Source: Podarcis pityusensis
Lineage: Eukaryota
Assembly: GCA_964106645.2 (NCBI GenBank)
Contig: OZ067042.1
DNA length: 64,000 bases
Strand: one strand, 5' to 3'
In this document: piece after piece, positions 1-11,838 of the stretch
How the letters are laid out: each line of letters begins with the position of its first letter
How positions within the stretch are numbered: the first letter of the stretch is position 1
The notes under the pieces: model-generated
The model's input: the letters and a program-made list of their open reading frames with translations, nothing else
Database searches by the model: none
What the model was told of the DNA's origin: nothing
Position numbers and translations under genes: made by a program

Positions 1-452
1 AGCAGTGGGCTAAAAAATGCTTGATGGGCAAATCGGTTTAGGCAGAAAACCCTGAGAAGCAGAGAAGCTTCTCAGAGCGGTCACATCTTGTAATTTAGTC
101 CCAAGACGATGGCAGGCAGTATCCAAAATTGTTCTGGCGATTCCAGTTGCCGGAGGCTAGCAGACTTCCAAGTCTGCCACTTCATCCTGAACAGATGTGC
201 CTGTAGCCTAATGTAGGAAGAGAATGAGAGCCAAGGTAGCAGCATTCAAGGGGAAGGGAAGATAAACGTTTAGCAGCTTGAGATTGTTTTCAATGGGCAG
301 ATCAGCATCCAAGCAATGAGCTCGTACAGCTGACCATTGCCACGTATTACACTTTAACTACACACTGATAGGCAATTTAAAGCTCCCCCTGCCACTAAAT
401 CAGGATATTGCAGACAGCCAAGCTATCCCAGGATGAGGCAATTGCAGTACTG

Positions 453-675
453 CAGGCATGTCCAACGTCCATTTTGGGGACCTAACCCAGCCCCTGTGGC
501 AGCTTTTCTCCTGGGGTAAAATCCTAAAAAAAATCAACAACTTCAACCCTAAAAAAAGCTCAACAACTGCAATCCTAAGAAAAGGTTAACGACCTTGGTT
601 GGCCCCTTGGTCGGCCCTCACGGCCCTTCGCTTCATCACATCTGGCCCTCTTTGAAAAATGTTTGGACACCACTG
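453..675. mobile_element. hAT-type non-autonomous DNA transposon (MITE)
   Basis: Imperfect TIRs CAGGCATGTCCAAC ... GTTTGGACACCACTG; degenerate 8-bp flanks CAGTACTG/CGGTACAG; internal 'aaaaa(g)ctcaacaact' subrepeats. Confidence 0.65.
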
Positions 676-3028
676 CGGTACAGTCTATTCAGCATCTGTT
701 CACAGGTATGGGTGTGGAAGAGAGCTAGAGCGACAGACAGACAGAGGTTTGCACATAAAGTTTCAAGGCTTTTGCCCTTCTGTTCAAACTTAAAACCTCA
801 AATTCTCACATAGCCTAGAAGCTTGCATCTCACTCACTGCATTCCCTCGAGGGACCACTTCCTGCGATTCCCTTTTTCTACATCAGGCCTATCTCTCTTG
901 CATGCGGACTTTCTTGTGTCTAGTAAACAGAGGCCAGGGTTTGGTCTGGCACAGAGGGATATTCCTCTTTCATATCCACCACCCCCTGCCAAGAGAACTG
1001 GAGAAACAACACTATGTAGTTCTTCCCACCTCCTGGGTCAAAATCTTTGCACTAGGACTCCAGTGCTGGAGCTCCTCAGCTCCCTGCTGAGCAGGAGCTG
1101 TAGTTTCTGTGCCTGTGATGTTCTAGGGATGCCGATGCTTTTTCATCTTCCTTATTCTTTGCGCACTTCAGCAATGAAACTGTGGAAAGCCACCTGAAAA
1201 TCCCAGGGGTGGCCGCGCAATGCACCTGCTGTATGTCTGAGACTTGTTCTCCAGAATCTTCCAGTGGAGAAAGCCCTCGTTTGCTTAAATGGAGCTCTCT
1301 GAATGTTAATGCCCAAATGTTCTGCATTGCTACTGCTGTTTTATTGCAGAATACAGAAAACAGAAAACACGGGTGGTGACAGTGGTTGTTTTCCAAATTA
1401 TGCCTTGCAAGTGAAAAGAAGCAGAAGGCAAAAAAGGAAGGGCACCCAGAGATAGGAATGCCTGCTCCTCCTCCTCTTCTTAAATATTCTCCAGGTTGGA
1501 AAACCATTTTGCAAAAGCCATTATGTGCTTAATGCATTACATTTTAAATGTAGCATTCATTTATCTTTGGCACATTGTTGATTCTGCTGAGTGGCACATC
1601 CATAATCAATAAGTGTTTTATTATGCTAAGTTTTCGGCGTCATAAATACACATGAGGCTGGCTTGCATTTATGGAAACTCCTGAGCAAATCGGTTCCCTG
1701 TAGTTCAGTTGCCTCCAGAGAGTAACTTATGACTACTCTGTGCTCCACCCTTGTTAAGGGCATCTGCTCTCTTGGCTAAAATATGATGATGCTTTTGAAA
1801 TGGATTTCCTGACTGTGTGGGTGAAGGTGACATTTTTGAGGGGAGAAGAGAGCAAAGAAGAAACTAGCATGTTCAGTGTGCAAGGCGTGGTGCTTCTGTT
1901 TGCCCAATCCATTTTGCTTCCTTATTGTGTCTTTCTGGAACTGTTGCATGCAAACAGGTTGCATTTCTCAGGGAGTCCCTGAGCCAGGCAGACAACATTT
2001 CTAACTTGTGCAGTGACGTGGCATGAAGCGTATCCCATCTGGAGCCTCTTAAAAGGAGGATATTTGAACTGCAGTCTCTTATCCCTAAAAGAGAAATAGA
2101 GTGCCCATCCGCTGCTAGAATCTTGCTCATTTTCTGCCTTTTTTCCCCCCTCCTTCCCTGCCCTCTCTGCTGAAAGGGAGCCAGTCAAGTCTTCAGTGTC
2201 TATAATAAGTAACCTCCCTGTTCAGGCAGCTAATTATCTTGTAGTGATAAGCATGCGATTGCTATTCCCCAGGCTGCAGTATTCCCCAGGCAGGCTTCAT
2301 TCCTGTTATTGCTGCCTGTTGCTGTTGTGATTTCTGTTGCAAATGGGCATTTCCAACTTGGCAGGGTTTATAAAGACAACAGATCAAGAAAAGACTGATG
2401 CGAGAAAAGTAGAATCTGTACATTTGATATAAATGGGGGGGGGGGTAAATGCTTATTGTTCCAAGCCCCTCCTCACCCACCCATTTTTGCCTTAAGTTCT
2501 TTGTAAGTGGTTCAGCCATCTCTGCAACATTAGTTAAGAGCAGCAGTGCATACTCTGGTTCATCTCTCTAGTTACCTGGCTTCCTTTAAGTCATTGGAGA
2601 ACTCCCCAGGGCTCTCGTATCAGCAGCCTTCCTTACAAACAGGAGGCATAACTAGGCGGCTCGTGGACAGTGCTTGTAGCAAGGCATTGTGGGAGGCATG
2701 GAGGAAATGCCATGTTTCCCCCTTTTTGCAACTAAACGCCGATTAAAGCGAGTATCAGATTTGGAGTCAGCCAGAGAGAAGCACAGGCAACTCTTTTAAA
2801 CTCGACAAAGCAGCGTGGAAAATAAGGAAGTTTCCATTTGACGTGAGACAGAATGTTGAATTTCCTGCACAAAAAGACTGCATTCAGGCGCTGTAATAAT
2901 AAGATGCTCCATAATTAAGGTAAATGCATAAAAGCCAAAGTCCATCCCAGAAACAAAGCTACTGGTCCATTTCACCCTGCAGCCCTGCTTGAGAGGCCCT
3001 GCCTATTTTTTAAAAAAAATACTTTACA

Positions 3029-3185
3029 CCTGGATAGCTCAGTTGGTTAGAGTGTGGTGCTGATAACGCCAGGGTTGCAGGTTCAATCCCTGTATGGGAC
3101 AGCTGCAAGCTCCTGCATTGCAGGGGGTTAAACTAGATCCATGGGGTCCCTTCCAACTCTACAGTTCTATAAAGAATTCTATGAA
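3029..3185 (+). mobile_element. tRNA(Ile)-derived SINE with CR1-like 3' tail
   Basis: Head TAGCTCAGTTGGTTAGAG...GCTGATAACGCC...GGTTCAATCC (A and B boxes, tRNA-Ile-like), followed by CR1 3' end sequence 'cctgcattgcaggggg..actagat..ggtcccttccaactctac..ttctat'. A reverse copy lies at ~19215-19346. Confidence 0.8.
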
Positions 3186-4234
3186 GAATCTCAATTCTAC
3201 GAAGAATCCTCTTCAGATTCACATGGGGGAAATGGCAACTGTGATAGGCAACAGGTGGAGTGAAGCATATCACACATTGTCTTTTTAAGAGTGAAGCTCA
3301 AGAGTACTCTTTGAAATGCAAATGTGACGAATATTTGCATTGTCTAGGTATGGTCCTCATGGAATTGTGGTTGGCTGAAGCCCGCTAATGAGTGTGCATT
3401 TACTAGCAAACCTGGACTTTTCTCTGTGTGATCTATAAAATGGCCCTTTCAAGGTGAGGGCCCCAGCACCAGAGTTCTTGCTGCGTACCTGGATGGTGTG
3501 GCAATGGGGCGGGGTGAGGTTGGGGCTGTGTGGGTGCACAGAGGAGCCAGTCCTGTGCTTCTGCTGTGACTGCCCCCATTCCACCAGCAGCAGCAACACT
3601 GATGTGAGAAGGGTAGCGTCATGCCTGCTGCTTCTCTTGGCTTGGGTGTAAAGGCGAGTCACCTCTTGTGGCACTTTCAGCTGGAAAAGAGCTGGAAGGC
3701 TTAGTGTTAAACGCAGGGCCCATTTGTTTATAGCAGGTAGCAGGTGGGGTGGACAGATTAGCAGTCTTATTCTGGTATGCACTTGGCCTTGTTTTGATTT
3801 TGGACGTAGGAAAGATCTCAAAAGCCCCGTTTTCCCTTGGTGAACCTGCTCAGCGTGCCCTTTCATTGTAACATCTCAATGCTAACTGGCATATTTGCCA
3901 CTTAATGTAGGTTTCTGCACAAATTGATGAGTTAGGCTGAGCACTTGGCTCTTAGGGGAGACGGCGCATTGCACACCCAGCTGTGAGAAGCCAGAACAGG
4001 GCTCCTCGGTTCCTGCCTCTGCCACTGGTATTCTCTCTTGATTTGTGCAACGTGCCTCCCCTTCCCTCTGCCTTTCCCCACCTCCTCATTGCTTGGGACG
4101 TCTCCTGTACCTCGTGTGTCCTTCTGTTTGGTGCTGCTGTGCAACACCCAGTCAGGAGGAGAGAAGGAAAAGAGCAGGGGGCTCTTCTTGCACAGAAGCC
4201 ACATGCTATAACCCCGCTTGCCTTTCTCCTCCAG

Positions 4235-4461
4235 GGTCTCCGTCAGCGTGCGCATTCTCTCCTCCTTGGTCACCATGCTGGCTGCCTTGGTGGTGATCAC
4301 GGTGCTGGTGAAAGTGGACACCTCCGCCTGGACTTCGGGTTTCTTCGTCATCACCATCGTCTGTGTGGTTGTCTCCAGCAGCGCTGCCACCATCTTCAGC
4401 AGCAGCGTCTTCGGCCTGACGGGAAGCTTTCCCATGCGGAATTCCCAAGCGCTGATTTCAG
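4235..4461 (+). CDS. SLC29A3: SLC29A3 (ENT3) internal coding exon, equivalent to human exon 4
   Basis: Polypyrimidine tract plus CAG acceptor (AG at 4233-4234) and GTTAAG donor at 4462. The exon is 227 nt, the size I recall for human exon 4. It translates as (R)[75 protein letters not shown](G), matching the ENT3 motifs KVDTSSWT and [15 protein letters not shown]. Confidence 0.96.
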
Positions 4462-6020
4462 GTTAAGTCTCCTCCCTGTGATGCCCCCGGCTGGAAACTA
4501 GTTCATGAGACAGGGCTTTTCCAATTGCTTTTAATCTTCTTCATGGGCAGGATGCATGTGCTGCCTTTTAGGCTTGAGGTTTTGGCAGCTCCTAGTCCCA
4601 TGACGATGCATTCACTCTGAACGAAGTTAACAGAAGATGACTTTTGGAAAATAAAGAACCGCACAGTGTTGTCGGACGGAAGTTTTGAAGGAAGCTCAGC
4701 AGATTAAGCAAGCCGACTCTCCGGTTTGTGTGGATTTCCCCCCTCCACCCGTTTTCCTTAGTCCTTATTTCTTCCTCCGAGGTCCAGCCTTTCAGTATTT
4801 CAGTTTGGAAAACGGAGTTAACTTTTTGTACAAAAAGAAAACATCTGCATTCATCTCTGTGTTTGTTTATATCTCAGGGAAAAAAATATGAAACTTTGCA
4901 TTGTCTCATTTCAAATTCAGCATTAACATTCATTTCCATAACTGATGAGTTCCAAGTTTGCAGCTATGAATGATGAGGCCCCTCGAGGTTTAGCAGACGT
5001 TGATAACACTGGAAATGTGCTTTGAGAGAGGCGAGGTGGGAAGAGAGATGCTAAAATCAATACAGAGGTTTCAGGTTTTCTTTTTTTTTTTCCAAGGCCG
5101 TAGCAAAGAATGTTATTAGGGGGGTTGACCCACTGTGCAGACTTTCACCAGACCTCCTGTTGGAAACCTCCCAGTATTTGTAGAGTACTGGAGCATATCT
5201 TTATTTTTAGTGCAGATCAAGAAAGCCACACTATGCCTGCATAAAAGAAACAATTTGGCAACAAAACCAGGAGGCCAAAAGGCTTTACCCACCAGACCAC
5301 AGAAACGCTATTTCGCAGAATTGCAAGGCGGGGTGGAATTGTGCCCGTACATTTTTCATCCAGTCTCAGTCAAAACAATTTAAGCTTAGCCCTTCTAGAA
5401 ATTCGGGTGGTTTTTAAGCATGGCAGATGAGAGTCTCTTGGTGACATTTCCCTGTTGGTTTACTTGCTTTTTTCTGTGTGAAAAAAACAATTACATGAAG
5501 CCATCTTTACATAAATGTGTGGGGGTTTTTTGGTGGGGGGAAGGGAATCTGACGATTCTTGCAAGAGTGTCCTTGCTCAAATGCAGAAATCCTTCAACAC
5601 TTGTGTGTGTCTCTGTGTGGTTTTGCTGCGAAACAAAAGCTAACCCTTCCCAAAACTCACAATGGAATGTTACCATTGTTAATCCAAGACATGCATGTGA
5701 GAAGAGGGTCTTGGGATGAAGAAAAAAACCCCACAAGTTAACAAGAGCAAGGACACAAGTGGCCAAAGGTAAATCCGTTGTGAGCAGAACAAACCAAAAT
5801 CACAGGATCTCTGGCTAGATAACACTGCAGAGCAAATGCAGCTGAACTGCGAACTTCCCTAATTACTGCTTTTGTCGCTTTCCCCAGTTCCAGCTTGTCT
5901 GATTCAGAGCCACTCCCTCCTGCAAGTGTCTGGCTCTGGCAGACGCAGTATAGGCCAGGGCTTATTTCACAGTTCGTTGACTTTTGTTCTCCTTCCTCGC
6001 CCTCTTTCCTCGCCATGTAG

Positions 6021-6183
6021 GTCAGGCCATGGGAGGAACAGTGAGCGCCGTGGCATTGGTGGTGGATCTGGCAGCGGCACCTGATGTTACAGACAGTGCT
6101 TTGGCCTACTTCCTGACAGCAGACCTCTTCGTTATTCTTTGTATTGGGATGTACTTGATCCTTCCCAAGCTGGAGTATTCCAG
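6021..6183 (+). CDS. SLC29A3: SLC29A3 internal coding exon, equivalent to human exon 5
   Basis: TAG acceptor (AG at 6019-6020) and GTAAAT donor at 6184. The exon is 163 nt and phase-compatible with both neighbours. It translates as (G)[53 protein letters not shown](R). Confidence 0.96.
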
Positions 6184-7867
6184 GTAAATCCCCTTGGACC
6201 ATCAGGTTGCCACGCAGCGTGTACCTTAATGGCTGAGTTCCAAAACAGCTTCCTCTCGATGCTTCCTGCCTTTTGGTGGAGGTCCCCTTCTGCCCTAAGT
6301 GGAAAATGTGCTGACTCTTTCCCCCTGTTTGCTCTCTCTAGCTGAACTTCCTGATTTCATTAAAAAGAAAACCAAACAGGAACTGTGGGATTTACCACTG
6401 TGCACACAGACACACATACACACACAAACATGGTTACTTGAGAAGCTATGAACCACTTAGATAGTGCTGGTGACTGTGGCTTCTAACCCTAAAACCGTGG
6501 GGTCAGCAAGCTGTATCAGCCTTGTGGCAGAGCTGCTTCTGAATCTAGCATTCACGCTGTTGCTACGAGACTTCTTGAAATCACTATGGTTTGTAGCTCT
6601 CGCTTAAGTGACGCAGGCCAGTCCCAGTGTGTTTTCTAGCTGTAGGTTGAAAATAACAAGCTTGTGAGCCATTGCCTGCTAATTTCCTGGTACCAATTAA
6701 GGCCGCTGTTGCCTTAGAGGTAGTCTCCTATGATGCAGGATACTTGGTGAGGAGCTTTATGTGGATTCTTATCTGACCTCTGCAGAATTGCTCCTGTCTA
6801 TATCGCCTCCCTGCCTCTGCTATTATCAGGGACTGGGCAGAGGAGGAATGGTGGAGACCGCCTCCCCAGCCTGAATCTTCCAGAGAAGAGGAAGAGGGGT
6901 TTAAGGGAGGTCACAGCTCAGGCAGATGAGGGGGAAAGTTGGGAAATAATGGGAAAGGGGGAAGAGATAGGGGAAACACCAGGGGGACGAGATGGCAGAC
7001 ACAGTGTCTTTAGAAAGCATTCCAGACCCCCCTCTCCCAGAACCCGGCGAGCCTTGAATGTAGGAGAGCAAAGAGCTCAAAGGTAGAGGGCACTCTCTGT
7101 GAATACTGAATAAAAAGTGGATGGTAAGAATCATTTCCTTGTCTTTGTGTATTCCTGGGCAACCAGCCACTTGGGAGTTGCTGGCAGCCGCCTGACAGCT
7201 AGGGAGGTAGTTCTGTTGCCACCCAGAGACTCACTGTCAGCTGGTGTTGTAGTGGCTAAGAGGACAAGTTGTCAGATCTCTGGTCTTGCTTGGCAGGCCA
7301 CTATCTCTTGAGTCCTCACTGCAGATCTGCAAGGTAGGGATTGGAATGCTGATGTGCCTTTAAAGCAGGGGCAGCCAAAGTAGTGCTCTCCAGATGTTGC
7401 TCTGCTATGGGTCCCATCATCCCTTACCGTTGACCATGCTGGCAGGGGGCTGATGTAGAAGAGATGGTCTGTGGCTGTCTAGATCTCCCATACATCCAGC
7501 CCTCCCATCTCCATGCTGCTCCATAACAGGGATCATTGGAATAGGGTCCACCAGCCTCCTCTTTTGTCGCCTCTGCTCAGACACTCCTGACTCATTCATA
7601 CACTCCCCAAGCTACAGGACCTTGAATAAATGACTCACAACACAAACAAAGTATTAGTCTTCTCTGACTAGCAGTGGCAACCCAGAGATTTGTTGTGCCG
7701 CCTAAGATCCTTCAGCTGCTGCCAAAGAATCAAACCATATACAAACCGTGGCTTCTGGCACTGTTGTCATCTTTGATGAGTATCTCCTTTCCGTTTCAGT
7801 CCCTAGTTTTGCCATCTTTGTTGGGCTTCCTGACACTAGCCTTTTTTCTGTGCCTCTCTTGTTTCAG

Positions 7868-8543
7868 GTACTATATGGAAAGGCGACAGGGCGGCACGCA
7901 GCCACCATGTGTCTTGCCTAGTGACTATTTGGAGGATGGTGATACAGCCACAGGCAACACCAGCCTGCTTCCCCCAGACAGAAACCAAAGAGGAAGGATC
8001 CCTCCCTTAGGATCCATCCTAAAGGAGATGGGCGTGCTGGGCTTCTGCGTCTTCTACGTCTACTTCATCTCTATCATCATCTTCCCTGCAATCTCATCCA
8101 GCATAGAGTCAGTCAACAAGGTCCCAGGGAGCTTGTGGACGGACAAGTACTTCACGCCCCTCACTAGTTTCCTTCTGTACAATTTTGCCGACTGGTGCGG
8201 ACGGCAGATCACCGTCTGGATCCAGGCCCCTGGACCAAAGAGCAAGTTGCTGCCAGCTCTGGTTCTGCTGAGAACTTTCTTTGTGCCAGTCTTCATGTTG
8301 TGCAACTTCCAACCTCGGAAACACATCGCGAAGGTCTTCTTCACCCAGGATGCCTATCCGGTGGTCTTCACGGTGTTGCTCGGATTCAGCAACGGCTACC
8401 TGAATACTTTAGCCATGATGTATGGCCCCAAAGTCACGCCAAAAGAGCTGTCAGAGGCAGCTGGAGTATTGATGATGATGTTCTTGCAGTTGGGGCTGGC
8501 TTTGGGATCCATCTTCTCGGTTCTTGCTGTCCACCTCATGTAG
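7868..8543 (+). CDS. SLC29A3: SLC29A3 terminal coding exon, equivalent to human exon 6 (C-terminal TM segments to stop)
   Basis: TTTCAG acceptor (AG at 7866-7867). It translates as YYM...[22 protein letters not shown]...CNFQPR...[15 protein letters not shown]...ELSEAAGV...LAVHLM, with stop TAG at 8541-8543. This is the diagnostic ENT3 C-terminus. Confidence 0.98.
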
Positions 8544-8590
8544 AAGCAAGCAAGGGGAAGATTCAAGTCCATCCCCTGAGCTTTGGGGTA

Positions 8591-8840
8591 CAGTTGTATC
8601 TTGGTTTTCAAACAGCTTAGTTCTCAAACGTTTTGGCTCCCAAACGCCGCAAACCCGGAAGTGAGTGTTCCGGTTTTCAAATGATTTTTGGAAGCTGAAT
8701 GTCCAATGGGGCTTTCGCGGCTTCCAATTGGCTGCAGAAGCTTCCTGCAGCCAATCAGAAGCCACTCTTTGGTTTCTGAACATTTTGGAAGTCGAACAGG
8801 CTTCCGGAACAGATTCTGTTCAACTTCCAAGGTACAACTG
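8591..8840. mobile_element. Tc1/Mariner (Tigger-like) MITE in the SLC29A3 3'UTR
   Basis: TA target duplication (8589-8590, 8841-8842); TIRs CAGTTGTATCTTGG / CCAAGGTACAACTG (13/14 match); internal near-palindrome ttggctgcagaagcttcctgcagccaa. Confidence 0.85.
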
Positions 8841-9138
8841 TACTAGGATTTTATTTATTTTTATTTTTCAATCATGTTCAGAAAGCAACCATTTCCTTGT
8901 TTTTCAGGAGTTGATCCGAACTCTCTTGACTGTAGCAGCGGGGAAGATGCTTAGAAGCATATCACAAAATACAGGGGCCAAATTCACACGCTTGCGATGT
9001 GTCGCTGAGACTTTCCCCATTTCCTGTGTCATGTTTAACAGTGTGTTTGTTTGTAATGTTTTTGGTACTTGTACATATTTTGCCTTACAGGATCAATGGG
9101 AAAAGGAACCACTTACATTTTGCCAAGGATACTGGGAA

Positions 9139-9170
9139 ATTAAATGCTGAACTCTTGACTTTTTTTATTG
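9139..9170 (+). terminator. Candidate SLC29A3 polyadenylation signal (ATTAAA plus downstream U-rich tract)
   Basis: ATTAAA at 9139-9144 followed by a T-rich element, ~600 nt after the stop. I saw no nearer AATAAA. Confidence 0.3.
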
Positions 9171-9759
9171 CAGGAAATCTACAAATTGTTAAAAATAATA
9201 ATAATAGCAATTGTTATGGAAAAACTCTGCGAAGGAGCAGTTAACTTGCTGCATGTTTCTTGAGAGGCATCTTATGCAAACCCTTGGGGGGGGGGATATG
9301 CCTTTTGAGTAGATTCTGTTGTATTCATGCTATAGGAACAGGTAGCAAATATACATACCAGGTGGAAAGAATTCTCAGCAGCTGTTTTTAATAAGGGGAA
9401 ATCATGGAATGATGCCAGGTGAAAAGAGGGTGTCATTAAGCAACATTCAACATGTGCTTCTAGCCAAGTCCCTAGAGTGAAGGGCAAATGCCAAGGAACC
9501 TTGATTATCCAGAAACTGAGAGTGCAAAGACTCCTCATCCTGGGACCAGAACTTTAAAAAGCACAAGAGAGCCGAAATGAGGAGCAGGGTAAGAATTGCT
9601 CATGTCACCGAGTGTACTTGTAGAGGTGTGGTTATTAATTGCCTGGGGCCTTAGAGCCATTATGCGCTCTCAATCCCAGCTTCTCAAAATGCACCTAAAT
9701 CATGGCTGCTATTGAAATCCCCATTTAAAGCAGGGAAATCAAGCTTAAAATTCATGGGT

Positions 9760-9975
9760 TAAGGCCATCAGCAGCTAATAGCCACGATGGTTATGTTCTA
9801 GCTGCATTGCTGAAGGCAGTAGGCTTCTGAACAACAGTTGTTGGAAGCTGCAAGAAGGGAGAGTGCTGCTCTTGTGCTTGGCTCCTGTCTGTGGGCGTGC
9901 CATCGGTTTTTCTGTTTGTCCACAGTGAGAACAGGGTACTAGACTAGATGGGCTATTGGCAGGCTCTTCTTACAT
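9760..9975 (+). mobile_element. Degraded CR1 LINE 3' fragment
   Basis: Similar to the CR1 3' region at 19600-19815 (gagagtgctg...gagaacagg..actagatgggc.attggc). Confidence 0.55.
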
Positions 9976-10931
9976 TTTAACCACTGGCAAAAGATTTGAA
10001 GTAAATGTATGCAGAATTAGTCCAGGACGCCATTGTTCCTTGCGTCATGAGGAGGTTGGGGGATGACATTGCATCATCGAGCTTTGTTTGTTGAGGGCAG
10101 AAGCAGCCGTTTTAATAGAAATGGAAGAGGCTTATTTTGCAAAGTAAATGCAAGGGAAGGAAACTGGTAGGGGAGAGGTGTTTCACAGTTCTACCAATCC
10201 AGACTGGTTGGCTTATGGAAAATAATAATAATAATCCTTTGTTACCCAGACTGGTTGGCTTTTGTAAAAAAAACAAAATTAAAAATCCTGGTGACCTACA
10301 GGTGTTTAGGATGACAATTCCTAATGTCCCCACCTATCAAAACCCACTGCCATGTTTAACCCATTTTCCCCACGTGAAAGGTTTTGAAACTGGAAGACAG
10401 CTTGAAAGGCAACAGGCGAATGGCCTCTGTAGGCATTTGTAGAGGAAGTATTTAGCAAGCAGGAGATTGTTGCAGCCTCTTTCCCACTCTCCAATCCTTC
10501 CTTTACATTATCTCGGCAAACGCTGGCTCGCAGAAAGGTGTTCATGGCATATGGTTAAGAAGGCGGAAACGCCAGAAAAGCCTAACTAGGGTTTCCAAGT
10601 AAATGCTTTCAACAAGAAAAGGCATCCTAGCACTTGCATTGCACCTTTTCCTTTGAGATGCAGCTTGCCAGGTTTATTGCTGCAAACAAAATTTGACAGA
10701 GGGATGGCATGGCAGCTGACAAAAGTGACGTGCCGCTACAGCCCATGCTTTTATTTCAACTGGTGAAGAAGTAAGGTCTTGGCTGTGTCATTTATTATCT
10801 GACAGCATCCCTTTACTTTGACTTGAGACAGCAATCCTGTACCCTCTTACCTGGGAGTAAGTCCCATTGAACTCTGAGCAATTCTGTAGGATCTCTCAGT
10901 GACTGCTAGGTTAATCCTGCTCCATGTAAAC

Positions 10932-11198
10932 CAGGGATGGGGAAGGAACCTGTAGCCATCCAGATGTCATTGGACTCCAAATACCACCAGCCACAGCTAG
11001 CATGTACAGTGGTGAGGGATGATGGGAGTTGTAGTCCAACATCAGGAGGTTTCCCCATCTTTGATCTACACCAGGTTTCATCAAACCAGATGTTTTGAGA
11101 CTACAATTCCCATAATCCCTGACCACTGGTCCTGCTAGCTAGGGATCATGGGAGTTGTAGGCCAAAAACATCTGGAGGGCCGAGTTTGAGGAAGCCTG
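10932..11198. mobile_element. Two adjacent hAT-type MITEs
   Basis: Both share the core 'ggactacaa(c/t)tcccatcatccct...agggatgatgggagttgtagtcc'. The second copy (~11072-11198) has CAGG...CCTG ends. Confidence 0.7.
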
Positions 11199-11764
11199 AG
11201 TTACACCTTTTGGAACTGAATTCAGTGCTAACTTCTACTTGTATAAAGTAGTAATGCAAATGGTTATTAAGTTTTCTTCAAAGCGCACAACAGGGTGCCA
11301 GTGGTTAAATAACACAATAATGTTCCCATGCTGGTGAACATTGTTTCTTTAGCTAAAGGGACTGGATGCTTTTGAAGAGTAAGGCTTCTGAAATATGTGG
11401 AAATGTTTGGGCAAAAAAAAAGGCATTATAGAATAGAACAGACGTGGCTCAATGTCTTGAAGTTTATCTTAATCACAGTCATCATTGGTTGGTTTAGCTT
11501 CAGGCTGTGGTCCTCTAGAATGTACAGGCCTGCTGGGAGTAAGCTCTGCTGAAAATATCTGGATTTACTTTTGAGTAGACATGTATAGGATTGAGCTGTG
11601 AGAGGGAGAAAGCAAAACTGCAGTTACCAATCTATGTATAAGCCAAAAAGGAAGACTAGAAGGAGATTTTGCACAATTCAGTAGGCTTCAAAATTGTGTC
11701 TAATATCTCAACATCATGAAGTATGTACTCATTTGAACTCGGGCAATGTGCCGTTGTAGAGGGT

Positions 11765-11838
11765 TATTTTTTCAGGCAAAGATGTAACTCGTAAGCACCC
11801 GATGTATTTTTTCAGGCAAAGATGTAACTCGTTAAGCA
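11765..11838. repeat. 40-bp-period tandem duplication
   Basis: tattttttcaggcaaagatgtaactcgt(t)aagca occurs at 11765 and again at 11805. Confidence 0.9.

Noticed and set aside
902-1090. ORF containing 'LCLVNR', reminiscent of the end of SLC29A3 exon 3
   Set aside because: No GT donor after AACAG and no NYFESY-like upstream sequence. Exons 1-3 must lie before the window.
3029-3102. tRNA-Ile-like sequence
   Set aside because: The acceptor stem is degenerate, it is fused to a CR1 tail, and a second copy is in the window. It is a SINE head, not a tRNA gene.
3932-4501. Overlapping alternative-frame and antisense ORFs
   Set aside because: Shadows of the GC3-rich SLC29A3 exon.
7674-7867. N-terminal part of the 289-aa ORF
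   Set aside because: Intronic in-frame extension through the polypyrimidine tract. ENT3 homology starts only at the acceptor at 7868.
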